64,000 nucleotides of DNA, taken from an uncultured Ignavibacteriota bacterium. Lineage in GTDB: Bacteria; Bacteroidota; Ignavibacteria; UBA10030; UBA8401. The notes below the pieces were generated by a model. It did no database searches. It was given only the letters and a program-made list of their open reading frames with translations, and was not told the origin of the DNA. Below, piece after piece: positions 48,502 through 58,933 of the stretch. Location: positions 1,482-65,481 of the forward strand of contig CAIOTF010000013.1 in NCBI GenBank assembly GCA_903861125.1, written 5' to 3'. The position numbers and the translations under genes are program-made. Numbering within the stretch: the first letter of the stretch is position 1; the number at the start of each line of letters is the position of its first letter.

Positions 48502-49536
48502 ATGAAATCTATCGTAAAAAATACCATCAGCACATTGTTCAGCATCGCTCTTGCGGCGCTGTTCCTTTACCTCGCTTTTCGGGGGAAGGATATTGAACAA
48601 CTATGGCGTTCACTGATTGATGTTCATTGGATCTGGTTTGTTATTCTCTTTGTCGGGAGCGCCTTAAGTCATGTTTTGCGCGCCTGGCGCTGGAAATATT
48701 TACTCTATCCCATCAAAAAAGATATTTCTCTTCGCAATGCATTCTCTGCGACGATGATCGGATATCTGATCAACAATGTTGTTCCCCGTCTCGGCGAATT
48801 CATCCGGCCGTATGCGTTGAAGAATCTGGAGGGGGTATCCCGAAGTGCCACTATGGGAACGATCGTATTGGAACGCATTTTGGACCTTGTGACCTTTGCG
48901 ATCATCGTTCTGACGGTGCTTGCCGTTTATGCAGAACCGTTTGCGGTATGGTTCCCGTCCATGGCACAGTTTGAGTGGGTGTTCTTTGCCGGTGCGGCTG
49001 TTATGATGATCGTCTTCGTGTTGATATTTCTGAAAGCGGAAATACTATTTCAATTTATTAAAAAAATGCTTTTTCTTTTTCCTGTAAACGTACGGAAGCA
49101 AGCAGAAAAGATCTTCGATTCTTTTCTCACCGGTTTTCAGGCGGCGAAACATCCGGGCAATTTTCTTATGATTGCCGTGACGAGCATTTTGATCTGGCTC
49201 TCCTACACCGTGCTCCTGTATATTCCGTTCTTCATTTATGACTTTTCCAGTATGAGCGAGATCAACTTTGGCGCCGCGGCCGTGCTGCAGGTCGTCTCCG
49301 GTTTTGCATTCGCACTTCCTACGCCAAGCGGTATCGGAAGTTATCATGCGTTCACATCGTTTACCCTTACGCAGTTATATCACGTTAATCCGGACAGTGC
49401 GCTAAGTTATGCTGTCTATACTCATGCCGTAGGTTTCCTGACGACAACCATACTTGGCTTATATTATTTTATAGTAGACAAAATGCATGTCGGCGATGTA
49501 ATGGTAAAAACCGAGAAGGAAGATACGGTATCGTGA
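48502..49536 (+). CDS. Membrane protein with a lysylphosphatidylglycerol-synthase-TM-like (flippase-like) domain
   Basis: 344 aa, about 8 TM helices, with a conserved Arg/Trp-rich loop RAWRWKYLL. Confidence 0.45.
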   Translation: MKSIVKNTISTLFSIALAALFLYLAFRGKDIEQLWRSLIDVHWIWFVILFVGSALSHVLRAWRWKYLLYPIKKDISLRNAFSATMIGYLINNVVPRLGEFIRPYALKNLEGVSRSATMGTIVLERILDLVTFAIIVLTVLAVYAEPFAVWFPSMAQFEWVFFAGAAVMMIVFVLIFLKAEILFQFIKKMLFLFPVNVRKQAEKIFDSFLTGFQAAKHPGNFLMIAVTSILIWLSYTVLLYIPFFIYDFSSMSEINFGAAAVLQVVSGFAFALPTPSGIGSYHAFTSFTLTQLYHVNPDSALSYAVYTHAVGFLTTTILGLYYFIVDKMHVGDVMVKTEKEDTVS

Positions 49537-50213
49537 AAACTGCAGGACTGCTGCTTCTCTTTGTTACCCTTGGCTTTTCTCAGACGCACATGAAGACGAC
49601 TTTGAGTGAACGTGAGAACTCGCTTGCGTTTTTCGGCGGTATGGGTGTTCATATGGTTTCGGCCCCGGATATCGTCGGATATATCAATACGATCACCCCT
49701 TCGTCGCAGCGGGTGGATGATTTCGGAGCAGCGGTTAATTTTTTCGGCGGTGCAGAGTTCCCGTTCAACAAGGAATGGGGCATAAAAATTGAACATTCGT
49801 ACCTGTTTAAGTCATATACCGTTCCCGGCAATCTTGGCGGAACCTATGATCTGTATTATTCCGTTCAAGCGCCGTCATTGATGATTCAAAAGGTGATAAC
49901 GGGAAAAGGGTATTACGTTAAGCTTGGTGCAGGGGGCGGGTATCATTTTGGATATGCGTCGCAAAAAGTTTCAACGTTCGGCATTACGACCGAATATTCG
50001 TCCAGCGGACTGGGTCTGAAGGCAGACGTGGTCGGCCAGACTGCATTCGACGAAAATTTTTTCGGATATATCGGAGGTTCATTGGGTTGGGAATTTTTAG
50101 GCGATTTGAAAGACAGCCAGGGGAAATATCTTTCAGCCGCCGGTTCTGCAGAGAAAGCTTCACTGCAATACTTTTATGCAGGCCTGCAATTCGGCGTGGT
50201 ACAATATTTTTAG
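49533..50213 (+). CDS. Outer-membrane beta-barrel protein (OmpW/porin-like)
   Basis: GTG start and a signal peptide. Alternating hydrophobic strands. C-terminal ...VQYF (terminal Phe). Confidence 0.5.
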   Translation: MKTAGLLLLFVTLGFSQTHMKTTLSERENSLAFFGGMGVHMVSAPDIVGYINTITPSSQRVDDFGAAVNFFGGAEFPFNKEWGIKIEHSYLFKSYTVPGNLGGTYDLYYSVQAPSLMIQKVITGKGYYVKLGAGGGYHFGYASQKVSTFGITTEYSSSGLGLKADVVGQTAFDENFFGYIGGSLGWEFLGDLKDSQGKYLSAAGSAEKASLQYFYAGLQFGVVQYF

Positions 50214-50241
50214 TTTCGTTCAATAATCACAAAAGGGGATC

Positions 50242-50859
50242 ATGAAATACATTTACATTATTGTGTGTGCAGTATTACTGTTCACGCATTTTTCCGTTGC
50301 GCAAAAACAATCTTCCAAAAATAAAAAAGGAAAAACCGACGTGGCCGAACAAAAGGAAAACCCGAAAAAAGGATTTGCCGTCATTGAAACAACACTTGGA
50401 AACATTACAATACAATTGAATGATTCCGCTGCACCGAAACATTCTGCCAATTTCCGCAAGCTGGCCAAAGACGGATATTATGATAGCACAACATTCCATC
50501 GTGTGATCCCGAATTTTATGATCCAGGGGGGCGATCCGAACTCGAAGAATGGAGACCGGAACACGCATGGGATGGGGGGACCTGAATACCGTATTGATGC
50601 TGAAATCGGTTTGAAACATGACCGCGGTGTCATCGCTGCGGCGCGTCAGGGTGATCAGATCAATCCTCAGCGTATGTCGAACGGCAGTCAGTTCTACATC
50701 ACCGTTGTGCCAACAACATTTCTTGACGGGCAGTATTCTGTATTCGGTAACGTGGTGGAAGGAATGGATGTTGTAGATAAGATCGCAGCAGTGCCGCGCG
50801 ACCCGCGCGATAATCCGATCGAAAAAATAATGATCAAAAAAGTGACCGTGATAGAATAA
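50242..50859 (+). CDS. Peptidyl-prolyl cis-trans isomerase, cyclophilin type (secreted)
   Basis: FHRVIPNFMIQGGDP and SNGSQFYIT motifs. Signal peptide. Confidence 0.9.
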   Translation: MKYIYIIVCAVLLFTHFSVAQKQSSKNKKGKTDVAEQKENPKKGFAVIETTLGNITIQLNDSAAPKHSANFRKLAKDGYYDSTTFHRVIPNFMIQGGDPNSKNGDRNTHGMGGPEYRIDAEIGLKHDRGVIAAARQGDQINPQRMSNGSQFYITVVPTTFLDGQYSVFGNVVEGMDVVDKIAAVPRDPRDNPIEKIMIKKVTVIE

Positions 50860-50907
50860 AACGACAATCCTTCGGTGATCGGAGAATATTGAAGGGTTTC
50901 ATTCCGC

Positions 50908-51945
50908 ATGGCAAAGTCAAAAGAAAAAATAGAAGTGGAACAGTTTGTTTCTTCGTTCAAGAAGAAACAATTTGATCCGCTATATGTATTCTGCGGCGAC
51001 GAAACCTATCTGATCGATGAGGTGATTGATTCGTTGATAGAACATGCCGTTGAACCTTCGATGAAAGAGTTCAATTATGATCTGATCCATGGGAATGAGA
51101 TCGACGGCAAAAAGATCGTTTCGATTGCCTCATCATATCCGATGATGGCGGAACGGCGTGTTGTTATCATCAAGGATTTTGACCGCGTCAACGGTAAGGA
51201 TGTTCTTGAAGCCTATGCCGAGAAACCGTCGCCGACGACAGTGCTTGTCCTGATCTCCCTGGCGCCCGATTTACGGAAAAAGCCGTACGGGATGTTAAAA
51301 AAATTAGGATATATCCACGAGTCGCGGGCATATTTCGACGGTGAAACAATACCGTGGATCGAATCGAAGGTAAAGAAAATAAAACGGATTATCGATCCGG
51401 CCGCGGTCCAGATGCTTCATTCGTATGTCGGTAACAATCTCCGCGAACTCTCGAATGAACTTGAGAAGCTCGCAATTGCTCTGGGAGAACAGCAAAGGAT
51501 CACCGTTGCCGACGTGGAAAAAGTAGTCGGTGTTTCGCGGGAATTTACGTCTTTTCAACTCTGCGATAAAATCGGAGAGAAGAAAATTGCGAAAGCGCTT
51601 GAAATTGCGGAACGGATGCTGAATTCCGGGGAAAGTGTCGTCGGCATGATTGCGGCAATCACGAGCCATTTCATCCGTCTGTGGAAACTTCAGGATGCGG
51701 TCAGGCAGCGCAAAAGCGAACGGGATATGCTTCAGTATGTCTATTTCAATTCGTATGCTCTGAAATCAAGTCTCTCGCAGGCAAAGAACTACAGGCCGGA
51801 AGAATTGGAAAATGTTTTTATTCTTCTGGCCGGCGCGGACCTTCAAGCAAAATCTTCCGTTGATGCGAAACTTATCATGACGAAAACAATTGCCGAAATC
51901 ATCTCGGGTACTGTTGTCCGTTCCGATGAAGCAGTGGTGATATGA
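50908..51945 (+). CDS. holA: DNA polymerase III delta subunit
   Basis: 345 aa with HolA-like N-terminal fold motifs (YVFCGDETYLIDE, RRVVIIKDFD). Confidence 0.7.
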   Translation: MAKSKEKIEVEQFVSSFKKKQFDPLYVFCGDETYLIDEVIDSLIEHAVEPSMKEFNYDLIHGNEIDGKKIVSIASSYPMMAERRVVIIKDFDRVNGKDVLEAYAEKPSPTTVLVLISLAPDLRKKPYGMLKKLGYIHESRAYFDGETIPWIESKVKKIKRIIDPAAVQMLHSYVGNNLRELSNELEKLAIALGEQQRITVADVEKVVGVSREFTSFQLCDKIGEKKIAKALEIAERMLNSGESVVGMIAAITSHFIRLWKLQDAVRQRKSERDMLQYVYFNSYALKSSLSQAKNYRPEELENVFILLAGADLQAKSSVDAKLIMTKTIAEIISGTVVRSDEAVVI

Positions 51946-53426
51946 GACTATTCACTACTCCTACATCCGACGAATGGTTCTTTCTCGGCATAATATTTTT
52001 CCTCGTAGTTGTACTGATAACAACGGCAGAGATTGTGCGCAGGTTGCTGAACGGCGGTACGGAATTTACGCGAAAATTCGTCCACGTTATTGTCGGTATC
52101 CTGATGGTGTGTGCGCCATACCTGTTTACGTCCGGTGTTCCCGTCATGATGATCTCCGTAATGATGGTTGCGGTGACATTCTTTTCGATCCGTTTTGATT
52201 TCTTAAAAAGTCTGCATGCAACAGGCCGGACGTCGTACGGAACAATGTATCATCCGCTGGCGTTTCTTATCCTCGTTATCCTTTTCTGGGATTCATCTCC
52301 TACGATCCTTTCCATTTCAATTTTAATACTTGCGGTTCCCGATGCGCTTGCCGCTATGGCGGGTCAATATGTGCGTTCGCCGCATTATCTAAAGGTAGGC
52401 GACGATAAAAAAACGGCCGAAGGTACGGTGACGATGTTTGTTTCCACGCTGGTATGTATCATTCTATCAACGTCGTTTTTTGGGATAGAAACCGGAATGC
52501 CGATCCTTACAGTTGCCATTATGATCTCTCTTTTTGCGGCTGGTTGGGAACTGATCAGTTTCAAGGGTTCGGATAATCTTACCGTGCCTCTCGGTACGGC
52601 ATTTATGCTGCACTATTTTTTTACGGCCTCTCCGTATCATATTCCCGAACAGATGGTCACGGCAGTCATTCTTGCATCCGTAGTCGGTATCGCATCGTAC
52701 TATTTTAAGTTCTTATCGCTTGGCGGCAGTATCGGAACATTTCTTCTGGCAACGGTCATGTACGGTGTAGGAGGATGGGAGTGGACCGGTCCTATTTTTA
52801 TTTTTTTTGTGTTTTCCAGTCTATTATCAAAATATGGGAAATCCCGAAAGAAGAAGTTTGAAATGATGTTTGATAAGTCCGACAAACGGGACGCAGGACA
52901 GGTTGCCGCGAACGGAGGAATTGCGGGGATCATTATACTGTTATGGTATGCATTCCCGGACAATTCGATTTTATATTCATTGTATCTTGCAACCGTTGCA
53001 GCAGTTACCGCCGATACATGGGGGACAGAGATCGGCACATTGATGAAAGGAAATCCCCGTTCGATTGTAACGCTTCGTCAGGTAGAACCGGGGACAAGCG
53101 GCGGAGTTTCTGTGGCAGGACTTGCAGGAGGAGCCGCCGGTGCGCTCTTGATCGCTTTCTCCGCTTGTATTGTAAAGTCCGGTCAATTCTCGCTGAAGAA
53201 TATTGCAACGATCGTTGTTGCCGGTGTTGTTGGCTCCCTTGTGGACAGTCTACTTGGCGCAACACTTCAGGCACAATATCAAACGGCCGATGGCAAACGA
53301 ACCGAGAGAGCCATTGTGAACGGCAGACCTGCGCAATTGATATACGGATACCGATGGATGACGAACGATATTGTGAATTGGATGTGCGCACTGAGCGGTG
53401 CCGCCGTAATGTATTTTTTGCTTTAA
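51942..53426 (+). CDS. Polytopic membrane protein: CTP-dependent polyprenol/phytol-kinase-like N-domain fused to a DUF92 domain
   Basis: 494 aa. The C-terminal half TLRQVEPGTSGGVSVAGLAGGAAGALLIAF matches the DUF92 pattern. The N-terminal half resembles the dolichol/phytol kinase-CDS family. Confidence 0.4.
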   Translation: MRLFTTPTSDEWFFLGIIFFLVVVLITTAEIVRRLLNGGTEFTRKFVHVIVGILMVCAPYLFTSGVPVMMISVMMVAVTFFSIRFDFLKSLHATGRTSYGTMYHPLAFLILVILFWDSSPTILSISILILAVPDALAAMAGQYVRSPHYLKVGDDKKTAEGTVTMFVSTLVCIILSTSFFGIETGMPILTVAIMISLFAAGWELISFKGSDNLTVPLGTAFMLHYFFTASPYHIPEQMVTAVILASVVGIASYYFKFLSLGGSIGTFLLATVMYGVGGWEWTGPIFIFFVFSSLLSKYGKSRKKKFEMMFDKSDKRDAGQVAANGGIAGIIILLWYAFPDNSILYSLYLATVAAVTADTWGTEIGTLMKGNPRSIVTLRQVEPGTSGGVSVAGLAGGAAGALLIAFSACIVKSGQFSLKNIATIVVAGVVGSLVDSLLGATLQAQYQTADGKRTERAIVNGRPAQLIYGYRWMTNDIVNWMCALSGAAVMYFLL

Positions 53427-53436
53427 CACGTAAAGA

Positions 53437-54285
53437 TTGGTACCTTCATTAATTATGACGAATGTAGTGACAATACAGAATATAAAAATTGGAGGCGGTA
53501 ATCCGCTGACATTAATTGCGGGGCCATGTGTTGTAGAGAACCGCGATATGATCTTTTTTACTGCCGAAAAGGTAAAAAAGATCTGCGAACAATATTCAAT
53601 ACCCCTGATCTTCAAATCATCCTATAAAAAGGCGAATCGCACAAGCATGACGGGATTCGTCACCATCGGTATGGACGAAGCGCTGAAGATCATGGATGAG
53701 GCTAAAAAAGCATTTGGATTTCCGATCCTGACCGATATTCATACGGAGGAGGAAATTGCGGCTGTGGCTCAGGTAGCCGATGTGCTGCAGATACCGGCGT
53801 TCCTTTGCCGGCAAACGGATCTCTTGCTTGCCGCCGGCAGGACGGGAAAAGCTGTCAATATCAAAAAAGGGCAGTTTCTTGCTCCGGATGATATCCGGCA
53901 TCCGATCGAAAAAGTTGAATCGACCGGTAATAAAAATATTCTTGTTACTGAACGCGGAACAACTTTTGGGTATCACAATCTTGTTGTTGACATGCGCGGA
54001 CTGGTGATGATGCGGAAATTCGGGTATCCTATCGTGTTAGATGCGACACATTCCGTGCAGCTGCCGAGCGGTGAGAACGGTAAGAGCGGCGGACAGCCGG
54101 AATTTATTTTTCCGTTGTCGCGCGCGGGTGCCGCTGTGGGGATCGACGCACTGTTTATCGAAACACATCCGGAACCGGCGAAAGCAATGAGCGATGCAGC
54201 AAGCCAGTTGCCGTTGGACCAGCTGGAACGTTTGCTGAAACAGGTTATTTCTATTGATACTGCCGTGAAAGAATTTATACAATAA
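53437..54285 (+). CDS. kdsA: 3-deoxy-8-phosphooctulonate (KDO8P) synthase
   Basis: LIAGPCVVEN...KSSYKKANRTS...DALFIETHPEP. Confidence 0.9.
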   Translation: MVPSLIMTNVVTIQNIKIGGGNPLTLIAGPCVVENRDMIFFTAEKVKKICEQYSIPLIFKSSYKKANRTSMTGFVTIGMDEALKIMDEAKKAFGFPILTDIHTEEEIAAVAQVADVLQIPAFLCRQTDLLLAAGRTGKAVNIKKGQFLAPDDIRHPIEKVESTGNKNILVTERGTTFGYHNLVVDMRGLVMMRKFGYPIVLDATHSVQLPSGENGKSGGQPEFIFPLSRAGAAVGIDALFIETHPEPAKAMSDAASQLPLDQLERLLKQVISIDTAVKEFIQ

Positions 54286-54286
54286 T

Positions 54287-55276
54287 ATGTCAAACGAATC
54301 CGTCGACATACAAAATGCTAAGCGCGTAATACGCATGGAATCGGAAGCGGTTGCTGCGCTGGAAAAGAATATCAACGCCGCATTCCAGAATGCCGTTGAT
54401 CTCATGTACCGATGCAAAGGAAGAGTCGTTGTTACCGGAATGGGCAAGTCCGGAATTATTGCCCGCAAAATGGTAGCTACAATGAATTCCACTGGAACCC
54501 CATCGATCTTCCTTCATCCTTCCGACGCACTGCATGGCGATCTGGGTATGGTACGCAGTGACGATGTTGTTATCTGTATCTCAAAAAGCGGCGATACACA
54601 GGAGGTGCGGCAGCTGATGCCGATGTTCAAACGGATCGGTGTTCCGACCATTTCGATGGTGGGAAATATGAACTCCCACCTTGCTCTTCAATCCGATGTT
54701 GTTCTGGATATTTCTGTGAAAGAAGAAGCCTGTCCGCACAATCTAGCACCGACAACATCCACGACAGCAACGCTGGCAATGGGTGATGCCCTTGCAGTGA
54801 CACTGCTGGAAAAAAAGAATTTTACAGCGGATGATTTTGCATTATTCCATCCCGGCGGTAACCTCGGCAAGCGGTTGCTGCTGAAGATTGAAGAATTTGC
54901 GGTGACCGGTATTCAAATTCCGAAAATTGGAATGAACACAAGTTTGAAGGATGCGATCTTAGAGATGACAACGAAACGTCTCGGTGCAACAAGCGTTGTT
55001 GACGACCGCGGGCAGCTCACGGGAATTATTACGGACGGCGACTTGCGCCGCCTTTTGCATAAAACAAACGATGTCGCCAACCTTACGGCGGAACAGGTGA
55101 TGACGAAGAATCCGAAAACAATCCGGAAGGGAATACTTGCCTCCGTTGCATTGCAGGAAATGGAACAATTCAGCATCACACAGCTGATAATTGTGGACGA
55201 AGAACGAAAACCGTTCGGCATCGTGCATTTGCATGATCTTGTCCGTGCCGGACTTGGCGGGGAATCGTCAACGTGA
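54287..55276 (+). CDS. kdsD: Arabinose-5-phosphate isomerase (SIS plus tandem CBS domains)
   Basis: SIS motif VVVTGMGKSGIIARK. C-terminal CBS pair. Confidence 0.85.
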   Translation: MSNESVDIQNAKRVIRMESEAVAALEKNINAAFQNAVDLMYRCKGRVVVTGMGKSGIIARKMVATMNSTGTPSIFLHPSDALHGDLGMVRSDDVVICISKSGDTQEVRQLMPMFKRIGVPTISMVGNMNSHLALQSDVVLDISVKEEACPHNLAPTTSTTATLAMGDALAVTLLEKKNFTADDFALFHPGGNLGKRLLLKIEEFAVTGIQIPKIGMNTSLKDAILEMTTKRLGATSVVDDRGQLTGIITDGDLRRLLHKTNDVANLTAEQVMTKNPKTIRKGILASVALQEMEQFSITQLIIVDEERKPFGIVHLHDLVRAGLGGESST

Positions 55277-55803
55277 GACATATTGTCATTGGTTCGCTGC
55301 TGATTCTACTGTGTGCCGGCTGCGAAGAAAAAGTCAGACCTTCCGTTCTCAGCGGTATCTCCGGAACCCAACTCCCATCGCAGGAAAGCTGGCACTCTAC
55401 GATCACATTCACTGATTCTGGCATCGTGAAGGCAATTGTGAACGCAGGTCATATATATGCGTTCGATAATTCACGCATTACATATCTGGATTCCGGAGTT
55501 GTCGTCGATTTCTTTGACGAGTTCGGCAAGCATACGACAAAGTTAACATCGCTGCGCGGTTCGGTCGACGAAGGAACGAACAATCTTGAAGCAATCGGCA
55601 ATGTGATCGTTACATCGGACAGCGGAACAGTTGTCCGCACAGAAAAAATGTTCTGGACAAATGAAACGCAGATGATCCATTCGCCTGAATTTGTTCACAT
55701 CACATCACCAACGGAGGATCTGCGGGGGACTGGTTTTGAGTCGGACCATAATTTGCGCAATTACCGGATATTCAAAGTGACAGGTACGGCGGAGCAGAAG
55801 TGA
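55273..55803 (+). CDS. lptC: LPS export protein LptC
   Basis: 176 aa with an N-terminal anchor. It sits between kdsD and lptA, overlapping both. Confidence 0.6.
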   Translation: MRHIVIGSLLILLCAGCEEKVRPSVLSGISGTQLPSQESWHSTITFTDSGIVKAIVNAGHIYAFDNSRITYLDSGVVVDFFDEFGKHTTKLTSLRGSVDEGTNNLEAIGNVIVTSDSGTVVRTEKMFWTNETQMIHSPEFVHITSPTEDLRGTGFESDHNLRNYRIFKVTGTAEQK

Positions 55804-57056
55804 TGAAATCTGCGGTGCTCATAATCTCTCTCATATTTACGGCATATTCGCAGCAATCGGAGACTATTGTTCTGCAGAATGCCGATATTTTTTCGGGGAA
55901 ACGTCTGGAGAGCGGCGAGGATGTAAGGGAGTTGACGGGAAATGTGCGGTTTAAACAGGGGAATACGAGAGTATGGTGCGATAAGGCAATACAATTTTTG
56001 AACCGGAATGAAATTGAATTAAACGGAAATGTAAAAATTATCCGGGATACGGTGACGCTCACCGCAAAAAAAGGGAGATACTATGGAAACTCCAAAAAAG
56101 CGGATGGCGAGGGGAATGTTAAGCTGAAGACATCGAACGTCGTGCTGTATGCCGACATGGGAACATATTATCTTGACGAACAGCGTGCATTCTTCCAGCG
56201 GAATGTTCGAGTGGTCGATTCAACAACAATAATTTATTCCCAGCAGTTAACATACTTTGAGAAGGAACGTAAATCGGAATCAATGCTGGACGTGAAGATC
56301 GTGAATCCGGAAGAAAAAATTACGATGTTCGGTAATTATCTTATCCATTCCGATTCAACACATTACAGCAGAATGACGGAAAATCCGCGCATGATACAGA
56401 TTGATACCACCGACAAGGGTGAGATCGATACGCTTGCCGTTAAAAGTATGGTGATGGAATCATTCGACGATTCCACAAAAAAAATGATCGTTAAAGACAG
56501 CGTTGTTATCGTTCGGGGAAGTCTTTCTGCAAGAAGCGGTCTTTTGAGATTTTACCGTAAGGACGGGAAGATTGAATTGCACGACAAGCCGATCGTGTGG
56601 TATCAGGAAAACCAGGTCACCGGAGATACAATATTTTTGACGCTGGAAAAGAAACGATTAAAGAGCGCTTCGATAAAGACGCGAGCTTTTGTTCTTTCGC
56701 AGAGCGACAGCCTGTATCCTAATCGATACAATCAATTGACTGGCCGATCGATTCTTATGACATTTAAAGACAATAAACTGCAACAAACTTTTGTGGAAAG
56801 AAATGCCATCAGTCTGTATTTTCTGTATGGTGATTCTGCCGGTAATGGCGTTAATAAAACGAGCGGTGATGCAATCACAATGAAATTTAATGACGGAAAG
56901 CCGAACACGATCCATGTAACAAAAGGTATTGAGGGTTCGTTCTATCCCGAAAATCTTCTGCAGCGGAACGAATCGCAGTATAATCTGGACGGATTTTTTC
57001 TGCGCAATGATAAGCCGATATTTACGACAGTATTTCCTACGAGACCGAAATTATGA
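55800..57056 (+). CDS. lptA: LPS transport periplasmic protein LptA (OstA-like; enlarged, tandem OstA_N-like repeats)
   Basis: Signal peptide. Repeated ...NGNV...L.A......Y..... beta-jellyroll segments. Overlaps lptC and lptB. Confidence 0.6.
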   Translation: MMKSAVLIISLIFTAYSQQSETIVLQNADIFSGKRLESGEDVRELTGNVRFKQGNTRVWCDKAIQFLNRNEIELNGNVKIIRDTVTLTAKKGRYYGNSKKADGEGNVKLKTSNVVLYADMGTYYLDEQRAFFQRNVRVVDSTTIIYSQQLTYFEKERKSESMLDVKIVNPEEKITMFGNYLIHSDSTHYSRMTENPRMIQIDTTDKGEIDTLAVKSMVMESFDDSTKKMIVKDSVVIVRGSLSARSGLLRFYRKDGKIELHDKPIVWYQENQVTGDTIFLTLEKKRLKSASIKTRAFVLSQSDSLYPNRYNQLTGRSILMTFKDNKLQQTFVERNAISLYFLYGDSAGNGVNKTSGDAITMKFNDGKPNTIHVTKGIEGSFYPENLLQRNESQYNLDGFFLRNDKPIFTTVFPTRPKL

Positions 57057-57811
57057 GTGACCAAGAAACCCCGCAGAGGATCTGTCTTCGGGCTGAACAT
57101 CTGCTGAAAAAATACAAGAAACGCATTGTTGTGAACGATGTGTCTGTTTCCGTTCATCAGGGGGAAATCGTCGGACTGCTCGGTCCGAACGGGGCAGGGA
57201 AATCGACCTCCTTTTATATGATCGTCGGAATGATCCGTCCCAACGAAGGGAAGGTGTTCCTGAATGAGAACGATATCACAAAACTGCCGATGTATAAGCG
57301 CGCACGCGCCGGTGTGGGATATCTGACGCAGGAAGCATCCGTTTTCCGTACGATGAGTGTCCGTGATAATATTCTCTCCGTTCTTCAGATGACCAATTTT
57401 TCGGTGAAAGAGCAGCATGAACGGACCGATAAGCTTTTAGAGGAATTCAGTTTAACATATATTGCAAAAAGCAAAGGGTTCATGCTCTCCGGAGGGGAAC
57501 GGCGCAGAACGGAAATCGCTCGGGCAATGGCAACCGATCCGAAATTCATTCTACTTGACGAACCATTTGCCGGTATCGATCCGATCGCCGTGGAGGATAT
57601 TATGGAGATCGTGAAGCAGTTGAAATATAGGAATATCGGTGTGCTGATCACCGATCATAATGTACATGAAACGCTCTCGATCACCGATCGTTCATATCTG
57701 CTGTTTGAAGGAAAAATATTGAAAGCGGGAAGTGCAGAAGAACTGGCCAACGACCCGGAAGCAAGAAGATTGTATCTCGGCGAAGGGTTCAAATTGGATC
57801 GTTACGAATAA
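57053..57811 (+). CDS. lptB: LPS export ABC transporter ATP-binding protein LptB
   Basis: Walker A GPNGAGKST, ABC signature LSGGERRR, Walker B ILLDEP. Confidence 0.9.
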   Translation: MSDQETPQRICLRAEHLLKKYKKRIVVNDVSVSVHQGEIVGLLGPNGAGKSTSFYMIVGMIRPNEGKVFLNENDITKLPMYKRARAGVGYLTQEASVFRTMSVRDNILSVLQMTNFSVKEQHERTDKLLEEFSLTYIAKSKGFMLSGGERRRTEIARAMATDPKFILLDEPFAGIDPIAVEDIMEIVKQLKYRNIGVLITDHNVHETLSITDRSYLLFEGKILKAGSAEELANDPEARRLYLGEGFKLDRYE

Positions 57812-57832
57812 TTATAAACAGAAGGATTACCC

Positions 57833-58849
57833 ATGGTTGTTGTAGTACAGCAGAATGCATCCGAAAAAGAAATTGAAGGCATTATCAGGATCCTCCATGA
57901 TTTTGGTTTTGATGTTCACCGCTCCACCGGTGTAAATCAAACAGTGCTCGGCGCGATCGGCGTGAAGCCGGATTTCGATACGCGTCAGGTTGAAGTGCTG
58001 CCGGGAGTGGCGCACGCATACCGGATAACAGAACCGTACAAATTGGCAAGCCGCTCGTTCAAGCAGGAAAAGACTGTTATTACATTCAAGAATTGCGAGA
58101 TTGGCGGAGATGCTGTTGTTGTTATGGCCGGTCCGTGTTCTATCGAAAATGAACAACAAATTTTTTCTATAGCGGAGACAGTGGCAAAGGCAGGTGCAAA
58201 ATTTCTGCGAGGCGGCGCATTCAAACCGCGGACCTCGCCGTATGCATTCCAGGGATTAGGTGAAGAGGGACTGAAAATGATGCGCCGCGCAGCAGATGAA
58301 TTCGGTTTACTCGTTATTTCCGAAGCGATGGACGGTACACAGTTGGAATTGATGGAAAAATATTCCGACATCATCCAGATCGGCGCGCGCAATATGCAGA
58401 ATTATAATTTTCTGCGTGAGCTTGGAAAGTCTTCGAAACCGGTGATGTTGAAACGCGGACTTTCGGGAACATTCGAAGAATGGCTGATGTCTGCCGAATA
58501 CATCCTCTCCGGCGGCAATAAACAGGTGATCATGTGTGAACGTGGTATCCGTACCTTTGAAACTGCTACCCGCAATACAATGGATATCAGCGCCATTCCT
58601 GTGATCCATGCAAAAAGTCATTTGCCGATTATTGCCGATCCTTCTCACGGTATCGGAATCCGGGACAAGGTCATTCCGATGGCCCGTGCAGCTGTTGCTG
58701 CCGGTGCGGACGGGATTATCGTTGAAGTGCATAACGATCCGGATCATGCAAAATCGGATGGTGCGCAATCGTTATTCCCGAATCAGTTTGAAGAGATGAT
58801 GAGGCAGTTACGCATGATCGCCGAAGCAATCGGCAGAAAAATTGCATAA
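57833..58849 (+). CDS. 3-deoxy-7-phosphoheptulonate (DAHP) synthase, type I-beta with an N-terminal ferredoxin-like regulatory domain
   Basis: N-terminal ~80-aa ACT/FL-like domain. Then GPCSIENEQQ...KPRTSPY...ADPSHG, the KDO8PS-like DAHPS core. Confidence 0.85.
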   Translation: MVVVVQQNASEKEIEGIIRILHDFGFDVHRSTGVNQTVLGAIGVKPDFDTRQVEVLPGVAHAYRITEPYKLASRSFKQEKTVITFKNCEIGGDAVVVMAGPCSIENEQQIFSIAETVAKAGAKFLRGGAFKPRTSPYAFQGLGEEGLKMMRRAADEFGLLVISEAMDGTQLELMEKYSDIIQIGARNMQNYNFLRELGKSSKPVMLKRGLSGTFEEWLMSAEYILSGGNKQVIMCERGIRTFETATRNTMDISAIPVIHAKSHLPIIADPSHGIGIRDKVIPMARAAVAAGADGIIVEVHNDPDHAKSDGAQSLFPNQFEEMMRQLRMIAEAIGRKIA

Positions 58850-58933
58850 TCAATAACCGCAGTTTTCGCACTGATGGTGCAGCATGAGTATCAGCATCAA
58901 TTACATAGTTTTTAACGATTCAATTTTTTTCCT

